From Lingula anatina (lineage: Eukaryota > Animalia > Brachiopoda), in assembly GCA_051362555.1 (NCBI GenBank), contig CM120644.1:442954-506953 (forward strand): a stretch of 64,000 nucleotides of DNA, read 5' to 3'. The position numbers and the translations under genes were made by a program. The notes beneath the pieces are model-generated. The model saw only the letters and a list, made by a program, of their open reading frames with translations, was not told where the DNA came from and searched no databases. This document shows positions 25,149 through 38,610 of this stretch, piece by piece (position 1 is the first letter of the stretch; each line of letters begins with the position of its first letter).

Positions 25149-27933
25149 GGCTGGACAGAAGATCTACATAAGTACCAGTACGATGAATGCCGCAAATGCC
25201 TCAGTTGTTTGTTGTTCGACTTTGTAAAGGTATATTCTTTTAATAGACATGAATTGCTATGATTTGCAATGATTAACAAGCGAAAGTCATCACGTTTGAC
25301 AAACTAAAACTATAGAGTGAACTGATAATCTTCTCAAATATCCTTTATCCAGAAGATGACAGACTTTTATATAAATCTTTCGTGACGAAGATGTCCAACT
25401 ATCGAAATAGATGGCAGTCTTTTGTATAAATGCTTCTTGACGAAGATGTCCAACTATATTAGTCAAATCCCACTGTACGAATTAGGCTTGAGAAGGGTTC
25501 AGAGTATACTCATCTGAAAGTAAAAAAAAAAAAAAAAACAACCGATGTTACCTTCCTATTTTATTATCATAACATTAAACCCGCACACCAATTCCCAAAG
25601 ATCTTCCCTGTTTTCAGTTATTCAGGTAACTGTATTTTTTTCCCTTTATTTTGTAACTTGTTTTGAAATTTACACGAAGATAATGTCCCATGTACATTCT
25701 AGGATATTCAAAAGAAATATGATAAACTTTCATATATGAATATTAATAAGTCATTAGGAAATAATGGTGTTGCATGAGCCATGAGGTTTTTATTAATAAA
25801 AAGACAAACTTCCGGTCTTAGCACCGGTCACGTGGTCGGCATTGCGCAGTAGTCCTTATCGATTCTGCACAATATAAAATTTGATTCTTATTAATTTGTA
25901 ATAAGTCTTCATTTCAATACTCTTTTAACATCATTGCTGTTAAGAGCATCAACATCCATTATATTAGAATGAATATGAATATTCTAGTTTTGAATGTGTT
26001 GATAAGGTTTTCTTATTTAGTTTTTATAGTTACCGATTTTATATATAATTCATGTGGTAATAATTCTCAGTTATTAATTAACGTTGTACGCAGCGCTTAG
26101 ACGCATTAGGTTACAAAGTGTCATTATTACTAATGTTTAATTTTACATATTACAAGTATTATTCATTATTATTGTATTGTTACTTTAAATTCAAATAATT
26201 CATGGGCTGCTTACCACTTGACTTCTGTGGAACAGATTGATATATTCTTAAAACGGTTTTATATAGATATTGTACAATTCACAGTGCTAATCTTCTTAGC
26301 ATAAAAATGCTGACACCTTGAATGCATTTTTCCACGGATTAGATTCCCATTGCGTAGACGTTTTTTGACTGAGTATAATTCGTGAACAGTTACATATGAA
26401 AATTAAAGAGAATGTAGATGCACTTTTTAGTGGGAGAGGGTGGGGTCAACAAGTTTTGGTTCGGATTTTCATATAGGATGTAATAAAAATGACATTAATA
26501 GGCCTACTGTGGGCTCAAGATCGACTATTCAATATATATTGCAAGTGTCAATAATTTTTGCTTAAAAATTCTAATAAACTTAGAATGGAGTATTAATATG
26601 TTATGGAATGTGCCATGTAAGAGATGAGTTTCGTTATTTTTGTATGCTACAGGTGATGATGATGATGTAGAACTAATATTCATATTGGAATAGATAGGAG
26701 TTTGTGATCCCGATATACGCTCAACAAAACCAGTATACGCTGCGGTGTAACCAAATTTAGCTGGATCTGTCATGAATATTTGATGCACGTGTAGGTACTT
26801 CGTCAGCTTTAATAGATGAATGGATCGTATAAGTTGATTTATGTGCGCGACCTAGCTATCATCTTCCATCTTAATTTTATATTGTGTAATACTTGTATCT
26901 GCCTATATATGGTTGTTACTGCTGATAAATTAACACACACACACACACACGTGCAAGCATTAAATCATGTTTCCATATTTCATCTAACTTTATATTGCAA
27001 GTTAATTATTACTGGAAATAAACTATATTGTGGTTGTTACTAATGCTAAATTCACACACACACACGCACACACGCACACACACACACACACACGTGCACT
27101 AAATCATGTTAACCTAACGCTACATGTAATAAAAAAACCTAAGGTCTACTGCTATTTTCAAACCACTTGATCTCCTGTTGGTAAATTATAAATAACGTCA
27201 CAATAAGCCGAAAAGCGTATACCGGTACCATAAACTGCAACCTATTATTCCAAAGATAACAAGAATTCACACTACAAGTCCTCTCAAAACCTACATGCTG
27301 TTAGTAAAAAGAATTTACCTGATACTTCAGCGTATATCTTTCTTGAGCCCATTCTGTCGCTAGGTGAGGAATGAACGCCTCTGACATTCACTTGACGCGA
27401 AATAAAAACAAGGCAGCAAAGCTGTCAAATGTACAGACAAAAAAAAACAGAAAATAAAGATGCAAAATAGGCCATTTTGTCAATTTTGAATTTTAATCAT
27501 GCACAACAGGTACCATGGTCATTAACAGGAGCGGACCTAGAGATATTTTCTGACAATATTCCAAAGTATCTATGTTGATCCATCCTCCATTTTTATGGTC
27601 TTCCAACAGAAAAAAAAATATATATATACCAGTCAATATAAACTTAATAACCTGACCGTCTTCCGGAAGACCCAGAAGATGGTCTCAATCCACCCCGTCA
27701 ATAAGATTACAGTTTCAGTACCATGAGAGTTCAAATTCACATGATGAAAGTCTCAATATTTGAAAAATGATGACAGTGCATAAAATAATATTACATAATG
27801 TTTAAAGACATTGTTTAAAAACAATACAACTGCTTATGTGGAAATACAGAAAATGTGCAGAGCCTCAGGCATATGAGTTAAAAGTCACAAATGCCAGTGT
27901 TTGAGAAAAAATTAAAAAGGAAAACATAACAAA

Positions 27934-28159
27934 ACTAGAAAAGCACTCCGAGAGCGCAGACCTCTGCCAAGGCAGCAATTTATTATTATTATTATTGATT
28001 GATTATTGATCCGGACCACCACCAAAAACTAATCATTGTCCTCCTTGACCCACTTCTGACAGTTCCTGAAAATTTCATCAAAATCGGTTCATAACTTTTT
28101 GAGTTCCGTTGATGACAGACAAACAGGGGTGAAAACATTACCTCCTTGGCAGAGGTAAA
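27934..28159 (+). mobile_element. Short Helentron-type non-autonomous element nested in the large HINE
   Basis: ACTAGAAAAGCACTC..GACCTCTGCCAAGG ... GACAGAC ... ACCTCCTTGGCAGAGGTAA; same family as 55722-56049. Confidence 0.7.
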
Positions 28160-28204
28160 TATAATTCCAATGAAGCTGCTATTCAAACTTTTAATCTTCG
28201 AGTT

Positions 28205-28206
<2 letters not shown>

Positions 28207-28293
<87 letters not shown>

Positions 28294-28299
28294 TTTTTT
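28207..28299. repeat. (TA)n microsatellite followed by a T run
   Basis: Direct reading. Confidence 0.95.
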
Positions 28300-31012
28300 G
28301 CAATATTAAACAAAATTTACCTGCATAATTATCACTGCTTCCTTATTATCAATCTAGCTGACTGGCTTAGAGAGCTTAACCTTAGGGAGTTTACAGAGAA
28401 ATATCAACAAGTGTGCTTTATGTAATCTCATTTAATGGCCTATAAATTAGGCAAATGGCTTTATAACTCTGAAATTAGCCTAGTGATACCCAAGGGAAAT
28501 TTATAGACTGACCCTCTCAAAGGTCTTTAAGGTCCATAAGTCACAACTTATGAAAAGCACAAAACAATAATGCACAAAATAGGAGACTACCAATTCTGAT
28601 GCAAAAATACATTATGTTTAACTGCACAGTCAACATCAAATTTTAATTATGCACAACAGGTAACACCGACGATAGTAAAAGCATAAGGCTTCAGGCCCAT
28701 CAGAGTTCAAGTTTATACTTAGAAAGTGCCAGAAAGAGAAAAATGAAAATTTCTCACAAAATTGCATAAATCCAATAATAAATGATAACCCAATTGAGCT
28801 GGCTTTCTAATTTGAACTGCATGCCAATCCTAAAAATCATACTTGTTAGTTAAAAATAATAATAAGTAACACAGTTTTCTTTTCATAATGTTTGTAGTAG
28901 CAGTACAAAAAGATTTTTGTCAATTTTGATGTAACATTACATAATAAATTATAGAATAATTACCACCAATTTTTTATTATTGACTATAAATAGCATGGAC
29001 ATGTAGAAAATTTGATTGCCATTCGGCTTCATGTCCATGGGAGCTCCGAGTCCCACATTGAATATGCCAGATCGATAATAATGAATATTTCACTAAAATG
29101 TATAACTTCCAGAAAAAGAAGCCAATTTGACTGCTTTTCCAACTCAGGCTGCATTTTAGTCATGTGTTTCTTTTTTGAAAGTTTGACAGTCATAAGTAAC
29201 ACGGTTTTCCCATAATGGTCATCATGGCAGCAACACCAAAAATTGTGTTAAAATATATTGTATTTTAGTCCCATGTTTCTTTCTTGTAAGTTTGAGAATA
29301 GTAAGTTACATGGTTTTCCTTAAATGGTCATCATGGGAGCAGTGCCCAAAATAGGGGTTTCTTCAAATTTTGATGCAATATTACATAATGTTTACATTAC
29401 ATAATGACCATCAATTTTTAATAATAAAATATTAGTATCACGGATATTCAGAAAATGTGACTAGCAAAAGTCTCCAGGCCCATGGAACTTCAAAGTCACA
29501 TCTTGAAAATGCCAAAATGTAAACAAGACAGCACTGTTGTGAAATGGGTTTCTTTCCATTTTTATCACTTTTTTAACATAAAACAAAATAAACAGTTTAC
29601 TGCCATTTTTATATGATGAACTAAGAAAATTGATGAGATGGGAAAAATATCAATAGAACAGTGTTAAATGTCCAATTTCCTCCATTCTGAGATTCTGAAC
29701 ACAGTGGATGATTGAATCTGACAAACTGTAATGATATGAGTTTATTTCCATTTTTGACACTTTATTACACAATACATGATAACAAATTTACCATCATTTT
29801 TACATAATCAACTAACAATGTTGTAAAGATGCAGGAAATGTCAAACAAACACTTTTACATATCTTATTAGTTCAATCATGAGACTGTTACCATGCATAAG
29901 AATTGAATCTGAGGAAATGTGAAAAAAAAAGCATTACTTCTAAAAAAAATGGCCTGATTATGCTGACTTTTGAACTCAACCTGCGTTTTAGTAAGATTGA
30001 CCACTCCTGTGAGTATAATGATAATTGTCTTATCTGTTTTTCTTATATTGTGTTATCAGTGTTGCATATATGCTGAAATAAAAAGTGAAAAAAACAGCAT
30101 AACTTCTATAAAAGTGGCCTGATCATGCGGATTTTCGAACTCGACCTGCATATTATGAATATCCATCAGTTCTGTAAGTTTCAGGCCAAAAAGTATAGCA
30201 GTTTTTCACTTATCGTGTTATCAGGGTTGCATATATGCTGAAAAAAAGTGAAAAAAAAAAGCATAACTTCCATAAAAATGACCCAATCACGCTGATTTTC
30301 AAACTTGACATGCGTATGATGAATATTTATCAGTTCTGTAAGTTTCAAGCCAAAAGGTAAAATGGTTTTCCCAGTTATCGTGTTATCGGTGCTGCATATA
30401 TGCTGAAAAAAGTGAAAAAACAGCATAAATACCCTAAAAGTGACCCGATCATGCTGATTTTCGAACTTGACCTGCGTATTATGAATATTCATCAGTTCTG
30501 TAAGTTTCAAACCAAAAGAAAAAACAGTTTTCCACTTATCGTGTTATCAGTAAAAGTGCACGGCGACGGCGACGACGGCGACGACAGACGAAGGTGACGG
30601 CTATATGTACAGACACATCTGTGTCTGTACATAAAAAAAAAACATACTCTTTATTATAGCTGCGTTATGATTAAATAGCAAAATATAACAGACGCCACGT
30701 CTGTGACCACCTGGGCAAGTAGTGTTAGACCAGTAGTATGTGAAGGCAGTTGTCAGCGCTCTGTCACTTACTGCTAAATTTGCCCGTCTGGTGAATCTGC
30801 CTCAACTATATGACTATATGTTTTAGATATAAAGGCAGCACATGGGAAGTGAAACCGCACCGTGCTATAAACCCACAAACGACGCGTGCGAAATACGCGC
30901 CAAGTGTATTTCTGTCTTTTAGCGAGTAGAATTTTTTGCTCAAATCATGGATGTATGTGTATGTTTCCATGCTCAAATGAAACGGACCGTCACGCGTCAA
31001 ATTTGACTTTAA

Positions 31013-32474
31013 AGGGTTTGCTTCATGCCGTCAGAATGGCCTGAACGGAACATATTCTTCAGAAAACATGCCCAACTAACGATATCTTTATCCAAATACA
31101 CAAATTAAAAGCTCATTTTGTAAATTTTTGGCTTTAAAAAACGTCCTATTTGCTCGGCCTGGGAGTTAATGAGTTACGTGGTCACGTGGTCCAATGACGA
31201 CAATCGAGCCACTGGAGAACAGAGCGTGCTTAGCTGTCAAACTGAGCTGCATTGTCTACCTGTAAGATGACTTCTCTGGCTTCTGATAAAAGTTTATACT
31301 CATTCAAATCTCCTACCCGAGGGGTCTAAATCCTCGTGAAGCTGTGTAAAACCATTTCCCGTCTAGTCATTTCTTTAACAAGCATTTCATTATGGTTATC
31401 CCAAGTTGTATAAAACACTGCATTTGAATGAGTTAAGGGAAATGTTGATTATTGCATATGAGGTCCATGTTATTTGTGAAATTCAATTTATTTTATTAAA
31501 CCGCTGACACTCCGTCTTGCATACTTTTATTAAACTGAGGTAAACAATGCCCGTTACCTTTACAAGTCCTATCTTAATCATCCATCTAACTGGAACTTCC
31601 TTTACCTCTTAATTAGAGGGTTAAATGGCATTCAATTTGTCTTGCTTGTATCGAACGCACTCTCTATCTAAGCTTTACTCCAGTTATCTCAGGTAAAAAT
31701 CTACCTGTGCGTTAGTTACAAAGCGCAGCTCCCGTAGACCTGGGGGTACTAGATAAAATCTGAACACCAGGTTTATCGAGGAGCTAGAGAAAGAAAGGAA
31801 GAATTTTTCCTGCACAACTTCATAGGAATTTTAACACGGACTTGATCCAGCTTAGACCTCCAAACTAACAGGGTGACATGGGCAATTTTCACAAACAAAT
31901 CATAAAACTATATTTCAGTTAACCGCCTTTAAAATAAATATACCGTTCTGGGTAAATTAAAATAGTTATTAAATCGCAAGAATATTTTTGACTTAAATGA
32001 TGATTTTATTATTAATGGAAATTAAGCTACTATATGAGGTACATGTACATTTGCTGTGATTACGCTGTCTTTCATGTTTTGCGTAAGTCTACATTTTGCT
32101 GTATGTGCTTGTAATCTTTTTAAATATGTGCGTACAATTTTTGCAGGTCTGGTTACCCCCCTGTTATGTGATGAGAGTATTAATTTGGCAATTAGTTCCT
32201 TAGCTTATTTGAATAGAATTGCAGTGTAAAATTTTCAACAAGATCTTGGCGAAATAGCTCATTACTCTTTGTAGGTATTTCCCCCGTCAAAGTTTGTCTA
32301 AAATTATCTTTCAATCTTTACTCTTTCAAAGACAGTATAAAGTTACCTGACATATTTTCGTGTAAACTTAATGACAAGCCAAGTGTCTCCAGTTCATTCC
32401 GTACTCAATTTTACCCAAGCAAATTTTTTTCTTGAGTAGATCTTTATAGCACGGTGTTATAAGCTTACAAATTT

Positions 32475-32525
<51 letters not shown>

Positions 32526-32638
32526 CGTACTGACGCAGAATTTGCGTTTCAAGTTATAAAATAATCAATCTTTTAAATTATTTAATATTTCAGATGAAAT
32601 AATCTTCGAGAAATGGATTTTTACATGAACATTGTCCT
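31013..32638. mobile_element. Kolobok-like non-autonomous DNA transposon (TTAA TSD)
   Basis: Absent at the paralogous empty site GACTTTAACTAAC (~22205-22217). TTAA duplicated at 31009-31012 and 32639-32642; AGG...CCT termini with imperfect TIR. Confidence 0.75.
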
Positions 32639-33289
32639 TTAACTAACAACTTCCACGTGGAGCGTGAGTGAACGGCATCAGGAAGGCTGGGTCGGTGCAT
32701 ATTGTCTCTCTGTGTTATCTGACAGGAAACAAAAGCCATCTTTTGTCCTTGAGATTTAACTGACCTCTGCGACAATTTCAGCCCAGATGACCGGAAAGAC
32801 AAGCTGATGAATTTTGATAATAGTGACAGTCACGCGCTGTGTACATTTTGTTGATGTTGTGTACACACGAAAAAATCACTGGTGTTCTGGATCATGCCTT
32901 AATGATGACTTCATTTACTTTTAGCAGAAACTTTTTGTGACCTCAAACGAAATCTTATTTGGACTTCTTAGGAATATCATGGGCAGAGTAATTCTGTCCA
33001 TGGGAATGTATGCACCTGAGAAAAGATTTATCAGGGTCATTTGTATACAAGATATATCATTGCTAATACTTTTTAGAGAAAGCAATTCGGTTGAGAGATG
33101 CCAACTGTTGTACATATTGCGCCGTAGACGTTGCCGTAGACGTTGGCACTTATAATGAGACAGCACACAGTACCACATTCAAAAACACACCTTTCATATG
33201 GACCCTTTGCTCCCAACGTGGGATGTGGGATTGTGTAAGATATCCTGTTTATGAACGTACGTGTAGCACTAACACTGACGATGTGTACG

Positions 33290-33920
33290 TAGTTTGTAAC
33301 AAACTGCTTGTTTTATGATAGCTTTGTAACAAACTGCTCATAATTTGATTACTAAGTAACAAATTGCTCGCAATATGATTACTTCGTAATTAACTGCTCG
33401 TAATATAAACTTTGTAACAAATTGCTCGTATTTTGATTACTTTGTAACAAACTGCTCAAAATATATACTTTGTAACAAACTACTCGTAATCAAATTACAA
33501 GTAGTTTGTTACAAATTACGAGTAGTTTGTAACAAGCTATTCGTAATTTGATTACTTTGTAACGATCTGCTCGTAATTTATCTTGTAACGAAATGCTCGT
33601 AATTTGATTACTTTATAACAATCTGCTCGTAATTTGATTACTTTGTAATAATCTGCTTGTAATTTATATTGCTTTGTAACTAACTGCTCATTATAAGATT
33701 ACTTTGTAACCAATCGCACGTAATTAGATTACAATCTAACCATTCGCGAGTATAGTGATTACCTTGTAACAAACTGCTCTTTAAATGATTACTTTTTAAA
33801 TCTGTTCGTAATTTGATTATCTTGTAACAAACTGCTCGTAATTTGATTACTTAGTAACAAACTGCTCGTATTTTGATGACTTTGTAACAAACTGCTTGTA
33901 ATCTTATGTCTTTGTAACAC
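33290..33920. repeat. ~30-bp minisatellite downstream of fucosyltransferase copy 2
   Basis: Same unit as 23400-23850, with more copies. Confidence 0.9.
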
Positions 33921-34013
33921 TCTGTTCGCTCTTCTGTAGACATTCCCTGATGCGTGTGCAGCATAATTTATTTTACAGCAACCAGCCGTATTAGCCGATA
34001 AAACGTCCGTTCC

Positions 34014-35228
34014 TCAATTAACGAAGTAATCTTCTATACTCCGCCGGCTTCGTGTCATAAACTGCAGATCATCAGGGGGTTTGCATGTACCGTACCAACT
34101 ACGTATATCCTGGGCGCTGTAGGATTTCACCGGTCCCGTTGGAGAATGAAGCTTGGCACATATATCACAATAACCACGAATCCAAGAAGAGACTTGAATA
34201 CCAGCCTTTGATTGCAACAATTTGGCATATTCAGCGTCGTCTTTATCTAGTTCTTTCAGTCTGTGTGCCAGCTCTTTGGGAGACTTAAAGTCGTGTGTGT
34301 CTATGTGCCAGGACGGAGGGATGCCAAGACGCGTGTAGTTGGCACCTGAACGTGTGACCGGGATAACGTCCAATGGGAGGATTTTATATAATTTTTCTGT
34401 GATATAATCCGTGGCAAAACTATTTTCAAATGAAAGATAAAATTTATAAGTTTTGTTTAACATATCGGTACATTTAGCTTCCCTGTCGCGTCCACATTTG
34501 AATGGCCCGCAACCCCCATAGATGTCCACGCTCATATATTTCTGTAATTCCTTCACATATTCCATACGTTGACTTGGAGCATTACAATTGCTGACTGCCC
34601 AGGCCGCTAATTTAGTTTTGCTCCTGGCAACTGACAGGAAATTCCTTTTCTTTGCTTCATCGTGGTTTTCGTCTAGGAGGGGTAATCCGTATGGGCTGTA
34701 GATGTCGCTGTCCTTCCTGTAAGTCATCGTCCAGTTAAACGCCCAATCACTATCTAAGTACGTGTGGCATGGACTCTCGTGATTGATCCATATCCAGCGT
34801 GTTTTGGGGTTCCGTTTTTCTGGTTTTTTACCTAACGCCCTACCCATGAAAATGATGGCATCGGCATCATAGGAAGCACTCTTATCCTCCGTCACCTTAC
34901 AGTTACCCACGGGACACTTCAAGCCCTCGAATGAGGTGTGATATTTTTTCAACCCGAAGTAGTCAAAACCAGAAGAACTAGGAATCCAATATAAAATAAG
35001 TTTAACATCCTTTGATGGCTCTGAAATCCTTGTTTCGTTCTCTGGAAACGTTGGACCTATCTGAAATCCGTTCTTGTCATGATTTTTGTAGATTGGCTGG
35101 GGTAAGATTAACCTTGACACAATTACGGTTTTATAGATTTCTGTCAACAGAAGCATCCCAAAAAGGAGTGCGGACAAGATGATTGTAATCAAGCCGCTTT
35201 GTAACACTATCTTCACATTAATTGTCAT
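34014..35228 (-). CDS. Alpha-(1,3)-fucosyltransferase, GT10 family, 404 aa (copy 2)
   Basis: Same GT10 motifs as copy 1; intact ORF. Confidence 0.93.
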   Translation of the reverse strand: MTINVKIVLQSGLITIILSALLFGMLLLTEIYKTVIVSRLILPQPIYKNHDKNGFQIGPTFPENETRISEPSKDVKLILYWIPSSSGFDYFGLKKYHTSFEGLKCPVGNCKVTEDKSASYDADAIIFMGRALGKKPEKRNPKTRWIWINHESPCHTYLDSDWAFNWTMTYRKDSDIYSPYGLPLLDENHDEAKKRNFLSVARSKTKLAAWAVSNCNAPSQRMEYVKELQKYMSVDIYGGCGPFKCGRDREAKCTDMLNKTYKFYLSFENSFATDYITEKLYKILPLDVIPVTRSGANYTRLGIPPSWHIDTHDFKSPKELAHRLKELDKDDAEYAKLLQSKAGIQVSSWIRGYCDICAKLHSPTGPVKSYSAQDIRSWYGTCKPPDDLQFMTRSRRSIEDYFVN

Positions 35229-36128
35229 GGCTGGACAGAAGATTTACATAAGTACCAGTACGATGAATGCCGGAAATGCCTCAGATGTTTGTTGTTCCAT
35301 TTTGTACAGGAATATTATTTTAATAGACATGAAATGCTATGATTTGCAATGACTAGCAAGCGAAAGTCATCACGTTTGACAAACTAAAACTATAGAGTGA
35401 ACTGATAATCTTCTCAAATATCCTTTATCCAGTAGATGCCAGGCTTTTACATAAATCTTTCTTGACGAAGATGTCCTACTATCGAAATAGATGGCAGCCT
35501 TTGATATAAATTCTTCGTGACGAAGAGATCCAACTATCGAAATAGATGGCAGTCTTTTATATAAATGCTTCTTGACAAAGATGTCCAACTATATTATACA
35601 AATCCCGCTGTGTGAATTAGGCCTTGATAGGGTTCAATGTATACGCATCTGAATTAAAAAATAAAAAAGATAATTAAAAAAAATAATAATAATAAATTTA
35701 TTTTGAGTCTAAAATTCATTATAACATGTTCAGAAGACTTTACATATACATAAAACAATTACTTAAGAAATCAATTATTAGGAACAGATAAATGGAAAAT
35801 TACAGAGCTTAACAACAAAAATATTTAAGAGTATTCTAGATAAAACATACAGATTCTTACATAAAAGCACTTACAGTACATAACTAAAATATGATTGTTA
35901 AGAAAAAATAATCAATTCCAGATAAAAAAAAACAGCCTTATTTGCACACAGAAAAGATTATAGGATGTTACCTTCCTATTTTATTATCATAATATTAAAA
36001 ACGCACACCAATTTTCAAAGATCTTCACAATTGAAATAATTTTTTAAATAAAATTTTAACTTGTTTTTAAATTACGACGATATGTACATTCTACGATATT
36101 CAAAAGATATATGATAAACTTTCATATA

Positions 36129-37304
36129 CACTCTTGCCCAAAATGGTTGGTACAGGGAAATTTTGGGATGTATACCGCCCTGTTTCTTTCATTATTATTA
36201 ATATTATCAAATTAATACTGTTTATATTGTTAAATATGTGAAGCTGGAGGATTGGTAGAGTCAAGGAGAAACAACCAATGCAAATGTGAAAAAAGCGTTA
36301 ATTTATTTAGGGTTTTTTTTTTCTCATGCCCCCAAAAAGAGTACTTTTTTACGTAACAGTACCAAGTGGAAAATTAAACATAAATTTATACTGTGGTTGA
36401 CAATTAATATGAAATTAGGGGAAATTGTCAAGAAACATCTTCAGAGTTCATCATTATTCTAAATAGCGGGTATGCTTACCCTGAGCTTGGATAATGGCCT
36501 CCAGACGGCGTGGCATACTGTGAACTAGAGTTACAGCTCTTTGGAGAGGAATTCTGGTCCATTCATCTTGAAGGGCATCTCGCAGTTCATCTAGATTTGT
36601 AGGGGGAGGGTTTCTCCTCTGAATTGCACGACCAAGTTCGTCCCACATGTGCTCAATTGGGTTTGCATCTGGGCTTCTTGCTGGCTGTGGCATCAGCTGA
36701 ATGTTGTTTTGTCGGATATAATCTGCAATCAAGCGGGTTGTGTGGGGAGTTGGATTGTCATGTTGCAATCTAAAATTGTCTCTGTATATCCCTCTTCCGA
36801 ACGGCTCCAGGTTCTGCTGGAGAATGTCTCTGTATCTGCCAGCGTTAACGTTCCATCCAGAGGAAGCAATGGACAAATACCGTTGCTGCAAATGGCACCC
36901 CAAACATGTACAGAACCACCTCCTCCAGCTATGAGAGTGCGTAGGCTCCCTGGGGAGAGGCTGTTAACTGAAAATATTCAGGAAACAATAGAAGATGTTT
37001 CTTGACAATTTCCCCTAATTTCATATTAATTGTCAATCACAGTATAAATTTATGTTTAATTTTTCACTTGGTACTGTTATGTTTTAAAAGTACTCCTTTG
37101 GGTGGGGCATGAGAAAAAAACCCTAAATAAATTAACGCTTTTTTCACATTTGCATTGGTTATTTCTCCTTGACTCTACCAATCCTCCAGCTTCACATATT
37201 TAACAATATAAACAGTATTAATTTGATAATATCAATAATAATGAAAGAAACAGGGCGGTATGCATCCCAAAATGTCCGTGTACCAACCATTTTGGGCAAG
37301 AGTG
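36129..37304 (-). mobile_element. Internally deleted Tc1 (DD34E) element with ~314-bp TIRs
   Basis: TA TSD; empty site in unit 1 near 25735; TIRs 36129-36442 and 36991-37304. C-terminal transposase GSVHVWGAI...QHDN...SPDANPIE, with 34 residues between D and E. Confidence 0.92.
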
Positions 37305-38487
37305 TATGTGTATTAATAAGTCATTAGGGAATAAAGGTGTTGCATGAGCCATGAGGTTTTTAATAATTAAAAGACAAACTTCCGGTCTTAGCACCGGTCA
37401 CGTGGTCGGCATTGCGCAGCAGTCCCTATCGATTCTGCACAATATAAAATTTGAATCTTATTAATTTGTAATAAGTCTTCATTTCAATACTCTTTTAACA
37501 TCATTGCTGTCAAGAGCATTAACATCCATTATATTAGAATGAATATGAATATTCTAGTTTTGAATGTGTTGACAGGGTTTTCATATTTAGTTTTTATAGT
37601 TACCGACTTTATATATAATTCATGTGGTAATAATTCTCAGTTATTAATTAACGTTGTACGCAGCGCTTAGACGCATTAGGTTATAAAGTGTCATTATTAC
37701 TTATGATTAATTTTACATATTACAAGTATTATTCATTATTATTGTATTGTTAATTTAAATTCAAACAATTCATGGACTGCTTATCACTTGACTTGTGAGG
37801 AACAGATTTATTAACGGTTTCATGTAGATAATGTACAAGAAACATGCAGTGTTAATCTTCTTAGCATAGAAATGCTGACACTTTTTCTGCGGATTAGATT
37901 CCCATTGCGTAGACGTTTTTTGACTGAGTATAATTCGTGAAGAGTTACATATGAAAATTAAAGAAAATGAAGATGCAATTTTTGTGAGAGAGGGTGGAAG
38001 TGGAGGGGGGTTGAAATAAAAGCGGTTGACTCCTTCAACAAGTTTTGATGTGTAATTCTTATAGGATGTAATAAAAAATGACATTAATACTGTGGGCTCA
38101 AGATCGACTATTCAACTTATATTGCAAGTGTCAATAATTTTTGCTTCCAAATTGCTATAAACTTAGAATGGAGTATTAATATTTTATGGAATGCGCCACA
38201 ATAGAGTTCAATATTGTTATCGTTGTATGCTACTGCTAATGATGATGATGTAGAACCAAAATTCACATTGGAATAGAATGATAAGGGTTCGTGGTCCTGA
38301 TATACGCTCAACACACCAGCGTACGCTGCGGTGTAACCAAATTTAGCTGGATCTGTCATGAATATTTGATGCACGTGTAGGTACTTCGTCAGCTTTAAAA
38401 GATGAATGGACTATATAAGTCGATTTATGTGCGCGACCTTGCTATCATCTTCCATCTTAATTTTATATTGTGTTATATTTGCATCTG

Positions 38488-38488
<1 letters not shown>

Positions 38489-38548
<60 letters not shown>

Positions 38549-38566
38549 TTGTTACTGATGATAAAT

Positions 38567-38606
<40 letters not shown>
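38489..38606. repeat. (TA)n and (CA)n microsatellites
   Basis: Direct reading; both are expanded relative to unit 1. Confidence 0.9.

Positions 38607-38610
<4 letters not shown>

Larger units (their letters stand above)
21843..26998. repeat. Segmental duplication unit 1 (carries fucosyltransferase copy 1)
   Basis: Collinear high similarity to 30643-38655, including non-coding flanks. Confidence 0.9.
27407..30642 (+). mobile_element. Large non-autonomous Helentron-type (HINE) element, complete
   Basis: Starts AACAAG with 5' subterminal ATGTACAGACA (27429-27439), which matches the 3' hairpin at 30604-30633. Internal ~180-bp tandem units (~29915-30560), GACGGC microsatellite, A-rich flanks. 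Confidence 0.75.

Noticed and set aside
27992-28425. IY-repeat ORFs
   Set aside because: TA microsatellite artefacts.
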